Below, piece by piece: positions 1-7,828 of a stretch of DNA of 64,000 nt. The stretch comes from a virus. Lineage: Duplodnaviria > Heunggongvirae > Uroviricota > Caudoviricetes. A program made the translations under genes and the position numbers. The stretch spans positions 63,912 to 127,911 of IMG/VR virus record IMGVR_UViG_3300012940_000021. One strand, 5' to 3'. Each line of letters opens with the position of its first letter. Positions within the stretch are counted from its first letter, which is position 1. The notes beneath the pieces are model-generated. The model was not told the DNA's origin, did not search any database, and saw nothing but the letters and a program-made list of their open reading frames with translations.

Positions 1-115
1 GGGACATCAAGGCTCGCGTCTTCAGACGCTCGACCTTGATTTCGAGGCCGGACTCCAGCGTGATTGGAGTGGCCTCGGCGGCGATGGTGTCGATGTCGTT
101 GTTGCCGGTCGTCAT
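1..115 (-). CDS. 5' end of a gene running off the window (N-terminus MTTGNNDIDTIAAEATPITLESGLEIKVERLKTRALMS...); unknown function, lies downstream of the putative major tail gene (tail assembly chaperone position)
   Basis: ATG at 115 (minus) preceded by CAGGAGAG Shine-Dalgarno; coding-like GC3-rich frame continues to window edge. Confidence 0.4.
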   Translation of the reverse strand, partial: MTTGNNDIDTIAAEATPITLESGLEIKVERLKTRALMS

Positions 116-166
116 GCGACTCTCCTGTTCATCGGTGTTGGGTTATGCGGTGACCTCAGACGAGGA

Positions 167-745
167 TCAGATCGGGCGGCTCAGGAGCCGTCCGACGGCC
201 TTGGTCGGCTGGCCGGTGAGCGAGTCGAGGACGGGGTTGCCCGCCTCGTCGGTGTCGCTGAACAGCGCCGATCCGTTGTAGTTGAGGAGCAGGCCCTCCT
301 TGTACGACGGACCGTCGAAGGAGAAGGGCTGGAACTGGACCTTGTAGAGGATGAAGTCCAGGTAGCGCACGAGGCCGTCGCGGTCCTTCGAGGGCACGCG
401 GATGAGCATCGGGCGTGGAGCGGTGTTCATCGTCCGCTCTTCCCAAAGCGGGAGCGAGAAGGTCTCGTTGTCGCCGCCGCCCGAGGAGGTCACGACCGAG
501 CCGGAGATCAGCGCGAGCGTGCGGAACGGGATGTAACCGCCCTGGATCGTGACGTTGACCTTGTTGGCCCAGTACCACGTCGAGAGGATCGTGTCGTCGC
601 CCGTGTTGTCGTAGCTGTCCTGGTCCAGCTCCAGCGAGCCGGAACGGATGCCGTAGATGTCACCGAACTCCTCTTCGAGGCCCGTGGAGCCGTCGAGGAT
701 TGCGGCGTGGGAGAGGGAGAACCCCTCCACGATGGGGCTTGCCAT
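167..745 (-). CDS. hypothetical virion structural protein, 192 aa; possible major tail subunit
   Basis: ATG at 745 with AAGGAGA SD 6 nt upstream; conserved promoter-like motif plus hairpin ~65 nt upstream; position after head-tail genes and before chaperone-position gene. Confidence 0.5.
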   Translation of the reverse strand: MASPIVEGFSLSHAAILDGSTGLEEEFGDIYGIRSGSLELDQDSYDNTGDDTILSTWYWANKVNVTIQGGYIPFRTLALISGSVVTSSGGGDNETFSLPLWEERTMNTAPRPMLIRVPSKDRDGLVRYLDFILYKVQFQPFSFDGPSYKEGLLLNYNGSALFSDTDEAGNPVLDSLTGQPTKAVGRLLSRPI

Positions 746-804
746 TGCTGTCTCCTTCAGAGCCGTGTCGAAGCCGATGCCTGGTACGGGCCAAGGCCCG
801 ATTT

Positions 805-825
805 CTCTATGTGATATCGGCCTCA
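805..825 (-). promoter_or_regulatory. left-arm conserved motif copy 1 (minus strand GAGGCCGATATCACATAGAGA), followed by GGGCCTTGGCCC hairpin and SD of gene 167-745
   Basis: near-identical 18-20-mer found 6 times, always in gene orientation upstream of starts. Confidence 0.6.
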
Positions 826-1036
826 GTCGCTCGGAGTGGCGACGGCGGTCTCTACCAGTTCCCCGGCGAGGTTGTAGCGGTGGAGGACCCGCGTCACCAC
901 ATCGCCGCGCTGGCGCATCGTTCGCTTGCAGTCGTCGCAGGCGAACTCGATGAGGTTACCCTCGACCACCTGGGGCTTCCCGCCCGAGAGGAGCAGCTTC
1001 GACAGGAGCCGCCGTGGACCAACGGGGCACCGGATC

Positions 1037-2197
1037 TCAACTGTCTGCATGGAACCCATCCCGTCGAGCCATCTGGGCCAGCGTCCAGAGCCGCTCGCCC
1101 TTCTCTGGAAGGGCCTCCCGCAGCTTCAGGAACAGGTTCTCGACCACCTTGTCCCACGAGTGCGATGCGGGCACGACCTGGGCGGCGATGTGGCCCTTCT
1201 CCCGGACCTCCGCTCGATTGCGGAAGCAGTGCAGCATCAGCTCCGCCAGGTGCTGCACGTCGGCGCGAGCGTTCAGGGTCTCCTTGTGGTAGATCGACTC
1301 TGGAGCGAGCGAGTAGTTGAGCGGGTAGGCATAGTCGGGCGACAGCCATTGCTTGTGCCCCGCCCAGTTGGTGGCGATCACCGTGCCGCCCGTGCTCATG
1401 AACTCCAGGGCGGGCATGTTCTTCCCCTCGCCGCGAGAGGGGGCGAGCAGCACGTGCTGGACCTTGTAGAACTCCTTCACGACCGAGGTCGGCCAGATGT
1501 CGTAGAACACCCGGAGCGACGTGTACTCCTGGCCGGTCTCCGGGTCCGTCTGCCGGTAGAGGTCTTCGATCTTGTGGTGCAACCCTGGGGCCGTCGTCTT
1601 CAGGCTGAGCCGCGCCCAGCGGTCGAACTCGGGGTCGGCCTGCTTGGCGCGGTTGAACGCCTCGATGGCGACGAAGGGGTCCTTGCGCTCGGAGAGCACG
1701 CCGATCATGAAGAAGTAGAACTCGCGGCAGTCCCAGTCCCGAGGCAGCTCCGGCCACTCGGTGGGATCGAACCCGCCCTGCTGCACGAAGATCGGCCCCT
1801 TGTAGTAGGGCCGGAAGGAGTCCACGTCGATGTCGGAGTAGCCCACGAAGGCGTCGAACCGCTTCAGGCGCTTGCGGAGGGTCTTCAGCGGCTTCTTGTC
1901 CATGTTGAGCACGTTCGAGTACTCCCACATGGTCCAAGCGATGCTGACCCCGCAGTTGCGGACGACCTCCTCCTTCGCTTCGAGGGCCATCGGGTCCACG
2001 TGGTTGATGAAGAGGTCGAAGGGCGCTCGCAGCTCCTTGGAGAGGAGCATCGCCACGTCCTCTGGAAGGCCGGAATCGACGTGGGTGGGGGACACGTAGA
2101 CATCGGCCCCCCAGCGCATGAGCGCCTGAGCCAGACCGATGCCGTCGTTGCCGTAGCCCGAGTATCTCGACAGCGGGATCTTCAGCAGCACCTTCAT
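1037..2197 (-). CDS. glycosyltransferase, GT-B fold family 1/4 (386 aa)
   Basis: C-terminal motif LAPSRGEGKNMPALEFMSTGGTVIATNWAGH resembling the GT4 E-X7-E nucleotide-sugar binding signature; full-length ORF. Confidence 0.8.
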   Translation of the reverse strand: MKVLLKIPLSRYSGYGNDGIGLAQALMRWGADVYVSPTHVDSGLPEDVAMLLSKELRAPFDLFINHVDPMALEAKEEVVRNCGVSIAWTMWEYSNVLNMDKKPLKTLRKRLKRFDAFVGYSDIDVDSFRPYYKGPIFVQQGGFDPTEWPELPRDWDCREFYFFMIGVLSERKDPFVAIEAFNRAKQADPEFDRWARLSLKTTAPGLHHKIEDLYRQTDPETGQEYTSLRVFYDIWPTSVVKEFYKVQHVLLAPSRGEGKNMPALEFMSTGGTVIATNWAGHKQWLSPDYAYPLNYSLAPESIYHKETLNARADVQHLAELMLHCFRNRAEVREKGHIAAQVVPASHSWDKVVENLFLKLREALPEKGERLWTLAQMARRDGFHADS

Positions 2198-2230
2198 GTG
2201 GACCTCCTGGGTCTCTCTTGTTTTCAGAAA

Positions 2231-2740
2231 CTACGGCTTGTTCACGCCGTAGGTGAGTCGCCCCATGTACGCGCCTTCGGCGTTGCTGATCGGGGAGAAG
2301 GTGGGACCGTCGAGCCGCTGGCTGCCGGTGATGGGCACCCCCGTCTTCGAGGCGATCTGCTCAGCGGTGCCCCAGATGTAGATTTCGCCAGAGGGCGTGC
2401 CGGAATCCACCAGATGCAGGTGCTTGTCCACGAACGCCTGGATGTCCTCGATCTTCTTCTTGGCGTCGAACTTCTTGATCGACTTGTCGGAGTTCCGAGT
2501 CGGGTCGGCCCAGATATCCACGAAGAGGCGAGGGAACCGCATGGTGTTGTGCTGGTTCGGCGTCGTCCAGGTGTCCTCCTCGTTGACGACGATGAGGCAC
2601 CTGCCGGTGTTCTCGACCTTGACGTTGACCGGGTGCTCATCGAAGATCCACGTGTCCCAGCTCTGCGAGCGCCCGAGGAGAGCACGCAGACCTTGGTCCT
2701 GGGCAAGAAGATTTCGAACGGCGAGGGAGAGGTCGGTCAT
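2231..2740 (-). CDS. hypothetical protein (169 aa), head-tail joining/tail region
   Basis: start MTDLSLAVRNLL... ATG at 2740 overlapping stop of upstream gene (ATGA coupling). Confidence 0.55.
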   Translation of the reverse strand: MTDLSLAVRNLLAQDQGLRALLGRSQSWDTWIFDEHPVNVKVENTGRCLIVVNEEDTWTTPNQHNTMRFPRLFVDIWADPTRNSDKSIKKFDAKKKIEDIQAFVDKHLHLVDSGTPSGEIYIWGTAEQIASKTGVPITGSQRLDGPTFSPISNAEGAYMGRLTYGVNKP

Positions 2741-3120
2741 CCTGCCAGTCCCTTCTTGACGGCGGCGATCCACTGCTCGTGGAGGACTCCGAGGCCAGCC
2801 ATGAAGTCGTGGTTGCCGTAGTGCTCGTCCGGCTCGCGCCGCTGCTCGTAGATCGCGTAGTCCACGGGGTTGTTCGGCCCTGTCGAGGGTCCGCCGTACT
2901 CGATGGTGCCCTCCCAGGTGTGATCGAGCTTGTCGGTGGAGGTCTCCTCCTTGCCGGACCCCTTCAGCGAACCGGTCTGGACGTGGACCTGGGCCTGGGT
3001 GATGCCGAAGCCCTCGCTGAGGACGGCACCGAGCAGAGCCTGGGTCTTCGCGTCGGGCATGCCGATGATCCGATCCAGCTCCTTGTCGATCTCGCTCCAG
3101 TCGCTCTCGATGCGGATCAT
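2737..3120 (-). CDS. hypothetical protein (127 aa), head-tail region
   Basis: MIRIESDWSEIDKE...; ATG at 3120 overlaps TGA of upstream gene (ATGA). Confidence 0.55.
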   Translation of the reverse strand: MIRIESDWSEIDKELDRIIGMPDAKTQALLGAVLSEGFGITQAQVHVQTGSLKGSGKEETSTDKLDHTWEGTIEYGGPSTGPNNPVDYAIYEQRREPDEHYGNHDFMAGLGVLHEQWIAAVKKGLAG

Positions 3121-3602
3121 GGCTCGTCCTCGATGGGGTCTTCGATGGGGTCTTCGATGGGGTCTTCGATGGGGTCTTCGCCCGGCCAGTTGTTCTGGGT
3201 CAGCTCCTGGCCGGTCTCGGTGATCTGGACCTCGATGTGATGCCGGGAGGAGAAGCCCACGGCCTCGTCCGGGATGGCTCGGATCTCGAAGGTTCCCTCG
3301 ACCGGAATCTCGTTCTGCTCGTTGGGGATGGCGACGATCCGGTCCCCCGCCTTGATCGGAGCGTAGGGGTAGGTGAACATGACGCCGATCCGGTCTGGAG
3401 CGCGCCCGGCGACCGGAGCCGGTGGGATGTCCTTCCCCTGCCGGATGAAGTTCATGTCGAGGCGGCACTTCAGGAAGTGCAGCATGTCGTTGAGCGCCGG
3501 GTCTTCGTCCGTCGCCTGGGCGTAGTCCATCACGGCCTCGCCGTCGGTCACGACGAGCTGGATGCGCTCGACCCGCACCGCCGAGTTGAACAGGTGGTCC
3601 AT
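3117..3602 (-). CDS. hypothetical protein (161 aa) with C-terminal (EDPI)x4 repeat
   Basis: complete ORF, coupled to neighbours; ends ...EDPIEDPIEDPIEDPIEDEP. Confidence 0.6.
   Translation of the reverse strand: MDHLFNSAVRVERIQLVVTDGEAVMDYAQATDEDPALNDMLHFLKCRLDMNFIRQGKDIPPAPVAGRAPDRIGVMFTYPYAPIKAGDRIVAIPNEQNEIPVEGTFEIRAIPDEAVGFSSRHHIEVQITETGQELTQNNWPGEDPIEDPIEDPIEDPIEDEP
3128..3180. repeat. perfect tandem 12-bp repeat (gatggggtcttc x4) encoding EDPI x4 at the C-terminus of gene 3117-3602
   Basis: directly visible in sequence 3132-3179. Confidence 0.9.
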
Positions 3603-3605
3603 GGG

Positions 3606-4157
3606 CTACTCCTGGTAGTACTGCGATCCGGGAGCCGGGTCGATGCCATAGGTGAAGTACTGGGAGAGCCGGATGTCGGCGGGCGAGAGGTAGTCCACGT
3701 TCCCGTTGCTGCCCGGAACGAAGACGCCATCGTTCTCGAACATCTCGATTCCGCCACCGCCGAACCCGATCTTGGCCGGGTCCACGTCGCCACAGACGGA
3801 GAGGTCCGCGATGGCCATGTCGAACCACGAGACCCCGGTGGGCAGTCCCATCTGAACGGCCTTGGCCATCTTCGAGTACGAGTAGGAGCCGATGGTCTCC
3901 GAGTTGAAGGGGGACGCGAGGACGGTCTGGTACGGAGCCACGAGATGGATCGCATCGGCCATCGACAAGATGGCGAAGTCCACGAGCTGCTTCTGGTCAT
4001 CCGTCAGGTCATCTGGAGATGCCAGGCAGGTGCCCAGCTTGAAGAGCAGAAGGGCCTGGGGGAGGGCGGAGTTCTCCACGTAGGCTTGCGGGAACGACGC
4101 CAATGGTCGCCCGGTGAAGTCCGCCAGGTCCTGGCGCGTGTACGTCTTGTAGCCCAT
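3606..4157 (-). CDS. hypothetical protein (183 aa), possible head-tail connector/adaptor
   Basis: complete ORF following capsid-proximal genes. Confidence 0.5.
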   Translation of the reverse strand: MGYKTYTRQDLADFTGRPLASFPQAYVENSALPQALLLFKLGTCLASPDDLTDDQKQLVDFAILSMADAIHLVAPYQTVLASPFNSETIGSYSYSKMAKAVQMGLPTGVSWFDMAIADLSVCGDVDPAKIGFGGGGIEMFENDGVFVPGSNGNVDYLSPADIRLSQYFTYGIDPAPGSQYYQE

Positions 4158-4177
4158 CCCCCAGTCCCTTCTCTTGG

Positions 4178-4828
4178 TCAGGCTCGAACGATGGGCACCC
4201 GGCGACCGCGACGGGCATCCGCCTTGGCGATCTCGTCATCGAACTTCTCGTGGCGCAGGCCGACGAACGGGCCGGGGGCGATGTACTGCTTGCCCCAGCG
4301 GTCGTACTGACCCTGCACGTCGTGCGCCAGGTCGAGCCAGGACTCGCCCCGACGGTTGACGGTGCGGAGGTAGTCCGGGCTTCCCTTGACGAACTCCAGC
4401 TCCTGGCCCCGATACCAGACCTCGCCCAGCGCGGTGAAGCCGTCCAGCACGACGTGGATCAGAATCTTCTCGCCGTCGGCCACGGTGTCCGAGTACACCG
4501 GCTCGGCGTGCTCGACAGCGGCGGCGGTGCGGCGAGCGAGCTGGTCCTCCAGGTCCTGGATCTCGCGCTGCTTCTCCGTGAGAGGCGCGGGAACCGCTGG
4601 AGTGGCCGCGAGGGCTGCCTTCAGCTCGCGGATGCGTCGGTCCTCGGCATCCTCCTCCACGACGACGGACGGGGAGGAGGTCCCGGCATCCAGCTTCTCC
4701 GGGGCGTCCAGAGGGTCGGCGTCGGGAGGAGACACCGGCTCTGGAGTCGGCTCTGGAGTCGGCTGCTCGGCGTCGTCGTTCGTGAGATCGAGCAGGTCAT
4801 CGAAGTTGTCGGGAGTGTTCTCGGCCAC
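4178..4828 (-). CDS. hypothetical acidic protein (216 aa) downstream of major capsid gene
   Basis: GTG at 4828 with AGGAGG SD 8 nt upstream and conserved motif immediately upstream; longer ORF to 5056 overlaps capsid gene and is rejected. Confidence 0.5.
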   Translation of the reverse strand: MAENTPDNFDDLLDLTNDDAEQPTPEPTPEPVSPPDADPLDAPEKLDAGTSSPSVVVEEDAEDRRIRELKAALAATPAVPAPLTEKQREIQDLEDQLARRTAAAVEHAEPVYSDTVADGEKILIHVVLDGFTALGEVWYRGQELEFVKGSPDYLRTVNRRGESWLDLAHDVQGQYDRWGKQYIAPGPFVGLRHEKFDDEIAKADARRGRRVPIVRA

Positions 4829-4847
4829 TGGTGCGCCCTCCTGGGGG

Positions 4848-4868
4848 TCTCTATGTGATATCGGCCTT
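4848..4868 (-). promoter_or_regulatory. left-arm conserved motif copy 2 (GAAGGCCGATATCACATAGAGACC)
   Basis: identical core to other copies; sits between capsid gene stop and next SD. Confidence 0.6.
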
Positions 4869-4941
4869 CTGGTCGATGCCCTTAGCGTACAAGCGGGAGG
4901 CCCCCGCTCCGTAGAACGAGGGCCTCCGCGTGTGGGCTGGC

Positions 4942-6054
4942 TCAGGCAGCCTGCGTCACGTTGCTGACGTAGATGAACTGCTCCGGGCGCGTGATGACCG
5001 GCAGGAGGTTCCACTCCAGCAGGTACTGCCGCGCCGACGGGTCCTTGTCCTTCCACGTCTTGGCGAACTTGCCCGTGTAGTTCTCCGGGGCCTCGTCATC
5101 GGCGGTGGGGCCGATGAAGACCTCGATGGGGCGGTTCTCCGTGAAGTTGCCCAGGACGAGGGCGTCGTCCGCGAGGAAGAGCTGCTCCTGGCCGGGGTCC
5201 GTCGGGGACGACGTGTAGGCCGCGCCTGCCGCGTCGTACACCGCCTCCTGCGGACGCCAGTTGAGACCCATGAAGCCCGGCAGCACGCCCGTCTGGTAGT
5301 ACTGGTCCTTCATGCGGTCGGAGAGCAGGATGCCGCCCTGGGTGCCGGGGGCGCTGAGGCCCGCGTTGGCGAACGAGTCGAAGATGTACGCGATGGTCTT
5401 CTCCGTCGCGTAGGCATCCTGCGCCTCGACGCGACCGTCGCGGCGGATGAGGCGCTTCCACGCCCGGATGTCCTCCACGATCTGGCCCGGAGCGGCGCTG
5501 TCCCAGCCGACCGACGGGGACGGCTTGTGGGACGGCAGGAACTTGTAGTCCACCGTCGCCTGGACATCCGGGTAGTCCAGGACCAGCTCACCCGTGAGGG
5601 CCTGCCAGATCATGAACTCCGCGAAGTTGTCGAAGCGCTGGTTGAGGTCCGCGACCTCGCGCAGGACGGCCTCCTCGGCGCGCCGGTTGGCCAGCTCGCT
5701 GATGGAGTTCGCCGCCTGGCGGAGCCAGTGAAGAGTGGTCGGCTCGAAGACCTTCTTCTCCCGGAGGTAGACGAAGGCCGCGCTCTCGGTCGAACGACCG
5801 AGGCGAGGCACGATGTGCGCCTCGGAGTTCGGCACGTTCGGGCGAGCGATGGCACGCGAGCCACGGATCACTTCCCACTGGACGGTGGGGAAGGGGTGCG
5901 GCGTCTGCGGGATGCGGCTGAGCATCTCCAGCGACTCTGGGGCCGTGAAGCGCTCGACCACACCACGGAGAACCGTGGGCTGGAGCAGGGAGATCTCGGG
6001 CACTGGAATCATCCTTTCGTTGCGCCAGAGCTTGACTGGGTTGAGCAGCGACAC
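4942..6054 (-). CDS. major capsid protein (370 aa)
   Basis: size, position after scaffold/decoration genes and before head-tail genes; abundant-protein codon usage. Confidence 0.65.
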   Translation of the reverse strand: MSLLNPVKLWRNERMIPVPEISLLQPTVLRGVVERFTAPESLEMLSRIPQTPHPFPTVQWEVIRGSRAIARPNVPNSEAHIVPRLGRSTESAAFVYLREKKVFEPTTLHWLRQAANSISELANRRAEEAVLREVADLNQRFDNFAEFMIWQALTGELVLDYPDVQATVDYKFLPSHKPSPSVGWDSAAPGQIVEDIRAWKRLIRRDGRVEAQDAYATEKTIAYIFDSFANAGLSAPGTQGGILLSDRMKDQYYQTGVLPGFMGLNWRPQEAVYDAAGAAYTSSPTDPGQEQLFLADDALVLGNFTENRPIEVFIGPTADDEAPENYTGKFAKTWKDKDPSARQYLLEWNLLPVITRPEQFIYVSNVTQAA

Positions 6055-6190
6055 CTGGCGGTGCCCGACCTGCGCCCCACCGCGAAGGTGGTCACTTGGC
6101 TGGTCTGTTTTCGAGTTGTCCGGTTGGGCTACTCGCGGATCGGCTGGGGCTTTCGACCCAGCCTCACCGTCAGTCTCCCGACCCCTCGGA

Positions 6191-6583
6191 TCAGAACTTG
6201 AAGGTTCCGATGACCGAGTTCACACGAGCGCCGAGGACGTTCGTGAGGGTGACGCCGGAGTTGGCCGACGAGACCTTGGCGAGCTTGGCGATGCCCGTGA
6301 GGACGATGTTCGCCTGCCATGCCTGGCCGTCGGGGTCGGTGCCGGTGTCGGTGGTCTGACGCAGGAGGCCCTCGGCGGTGTTGTCCGTCGCCACGACGTA
6401 GTGCTTCGTCGAGGGGTCCTGCTTGATGAGCGTTCCGAGGAGGAGGACACCCTGGCCGGGCTTCAGCGTGACGCCCTTCTGGGTGTAACCGACCGTGGAG
6501 AAGAGCAGCTCGTCATCGACGGACGTGGCGCTCTTCGCGTAGCCGGGAGCTGGCATCGCGTTGCCGGTGTAGGGGATGGACAT
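6191..6583 (-). CDS. putative head decoration protein (130 aa)
   Basis: small Thr/Gly-rich protein between scaffold and capsid genes (lambda C/Nu3-D-E type order). Confidence 0.4.
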   Translation of the reverse strand: MSIPYTGNAMPAPGYAKSATSVDDELLFSTVGYTQKGVTLKPGQGVLLLGTLIKQDPSTKHYVVATDNTAEGLLRQTTDTGTDPDGQAWQANIVLTGIAKLAKVSSANSGVTLTNVLGARVNSVIGTFKF

Positions 6584-6627
6584 TTCGAGGTTCTCCTATT
6601 CGAGTGGGTCGGTGACTGAGGGGCGGG

Positions 6628-7152
6628 TCAGGCGCGAACCTTCGCGCTGGTCTTCTCGGCGGCGATGTTCGAGAGGCGGGCGATCTCCTGCTCGACGGTC
6701 TCCTCGTGGGACTCGTCGGCGGGCTGGAAGCCCTCCTCGACCGAGAGCTTCACGACGGGCTTCTCCGGGATGAGCTTGTCGAAGAGGTCCTTGTTCGTGA
6801 GGCGGAGTTCGAGCATCGCCTCCTTGTCCTTCGGGAGGATGAAGCCGGAGAGCGAGAGCTTCTCGACCTCGGCCTGCGCCTCCTTCTTGGCAGCCTCCTC
6901 GCGGATCTCGTTGACGCTGTTGGTCAGCTCCACGATCTTGTTGCCCGCCTCGGCCACCGCACCGATGAGGGTGTCGGCGTCCACGGTCTCGTCCGTGTTG
7001 GAGAGCTTCAGCAGGCCGGTGCCCACCAGCTCCTCCTGGATCTTGTTGGACAGCGCGAGCGCCTTGTCCGCCTCCGCCGCCTTCGCCTGGAGCGCGGCCA
7101 CGTCGATGCCGTGGTCCGTCTTCAGCTCCGCGAGCAGTTCATCGAGAGTCAT
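6628..7152 (-). CDS. possible nested in-frame scaffolding protein (174 aa, MTLDELLAELK...) made from an internal start, lambda C/Nu3-like
   Basis: internal ATG at 7152 preceded by AAGGAAGAGGAAG and, ~50 nt upstream, an extra copy of the conserved motif inside the coding region. Confidence 0.35.
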   Translation of the reverse strand: MTLDELLAELKTDHGIDVAALQAKAAEADKALALSNKIQEELVGTGLLKLSNTDETVDADTLIGAVAEAGNKIVELTNSVNEIREEAAKKEAQAEVEKLSLSGFILPKDKEAMLELRLTNKDLFDKLIPEKPVVKLSVEEGFQPADESHEETVEQEIARLSNIAAEKTSAKVRA

Positions 7153-7737
7153 CGTGACTTCCTCTTCCTTGGTCTCGGTGGCTGGTGTCAGGACCACCAT
7201 CTGGTTTGTGATATCGGCCCCACGAGCCGACGCTGCGATGACCTCTTCGAATCCGTCGAGGTCGGTGACGTAGGGACGGTTGGTGATGGCCGTGTGAAGG
7301 AGGGTCGGTCCCACCTTCTGACCGGTCTTGGTGTCGGTGTAGTTCAGGTGGAGCATGGCGCTCGCCCCGAGCAGGGTCTTGCCCACCTTGTCCGCGTCCT
7401 CGGTGCGCACGTCGATGTCGGCGTAGAGACCCTTCGGGGTCTTCACGAGGTTGATGACCTCACCAATGTTCCGGTCCGGGTCCTCGGTGTGCTCGTTGTT
7501 CGGTCCCGCCTTCGGGACCTGAACGATGTCGGCCACCTTGTTGCTGAAGTTGGTGATGAGGGTGTCCACGAACTCCTCATCGACCTTCACCTTGCCGCCC
7601 TTGACGCCGGGGTAGATGAGGTCGCCGTAGTGCAGGATCTGCTTGCGGAAGACGCGACCCTGCTTCGAACGCGACAGCGGAATGAAGCCCTCGTCCTTCG
7701 TGGGAGGGACGATAGCGAAGCCATCGAAGTCGGTCAT
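6628..7737 (-). CDS. capsid maturation protease/scaffold fusion-like protein (369 aa): N-terminal globular domain plus C-terminal Glu/Lys/Ala-rich coiled-coil scaffold domain
   Basis: ATG at 7737 directly abutting conserved motif (leaderless arrangement); C-terminal half strongly coiled-coil-like. Confidence 0.55.
   Translation of the reverse strand: MTDFDGFAIVPPTKDEGFIPLSRSKQGRVFRKQILHYGDLIYPGVKGGKVKVDEEFVDTLITNFSNKVADIVQVPKAGPNNEHTEDPDRNIGEVINLVKTPKGLYADIDVRTEDADKVGKTLLGASAMLHLNYTDTKTGQKVGPTLLHTAITNRPYVTDLDGFEEVIAASARGADITNQMVVLTPATETKEEEVTMTLDELLAELKTDHGIDVAALQAKAAEADKALALSNKIQEELVGTGLLKLSNTDETVDADTLIGAVAEAGNKIVELTNSVNEIREEAAKKEAQAEVEKLSLSGFILPKDKEAMLELRLTNKDLFDKLIPEKPVVKLSVEEGFQPADESHEETVEQEIARLSNIAAEKTSAKVRA
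7201..7221 (-). promoter_or_regulatory. left-arm conserved motif copy 3 (GGGGCCGATATCACAAACCAG) located inside the protease/scaffold ORF
   Basis: 13-mer core TGTGATATCGGCC identical to intergenic copies. Confidence 0.5.
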
Positions 7738-7757
7738 GCTATGTGATATCGGCCTCT
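7738..7757 (-). promoter_or_regulatory. left-arm conserved motif copy 4 (AGAGGCCGATATCACATAGC) immediately followed by ATG of the protease/scaffold gene
   Basis: motif-CATAGC-ATGACCGAC identical to copy at 26211. Confidence 0.6.
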
Positions 7758-7828
7758 GCGCCGCATACTTGACCATCTCGCAGACATGCCGAAGGCCCCC
7801 GCCGAAGCGAGGGCCTCCGTGCTCCCGG

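Noticed and set aside
926-2821. Long plus-strand ORFs opposite the structural genes (926-2821; also 894-1937 minus in an alternative frame, and the 3,510-aa plus-strand shadow of the giant gene at 9813-20345)
   Set aside because: Antisense or alternative-frame 'shadow' ORFs of real minus-strand genes, with R/G/P/A-rich composition and no SD.
2737-3828. 363-aa minus-strand ORF spanning three smaller genes
   Set aside because: Arg/Pro/Gly-rich low-complexity translation typical of wrong-frame ORFs in high-GC DNA. Only its last 127 codons (from ATG 3120) look genuine, and the overlapped genes have coupling overlaps and better composition.
4178-5056. 292-aa ORF overlapping the 3' end of the capsid gene
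   Set aside because: Its 5' portion is the out-of-frame shadow of the capsid gene. The conserved motif and AGGAGG-GTG (4828) define the real, shorter gene.
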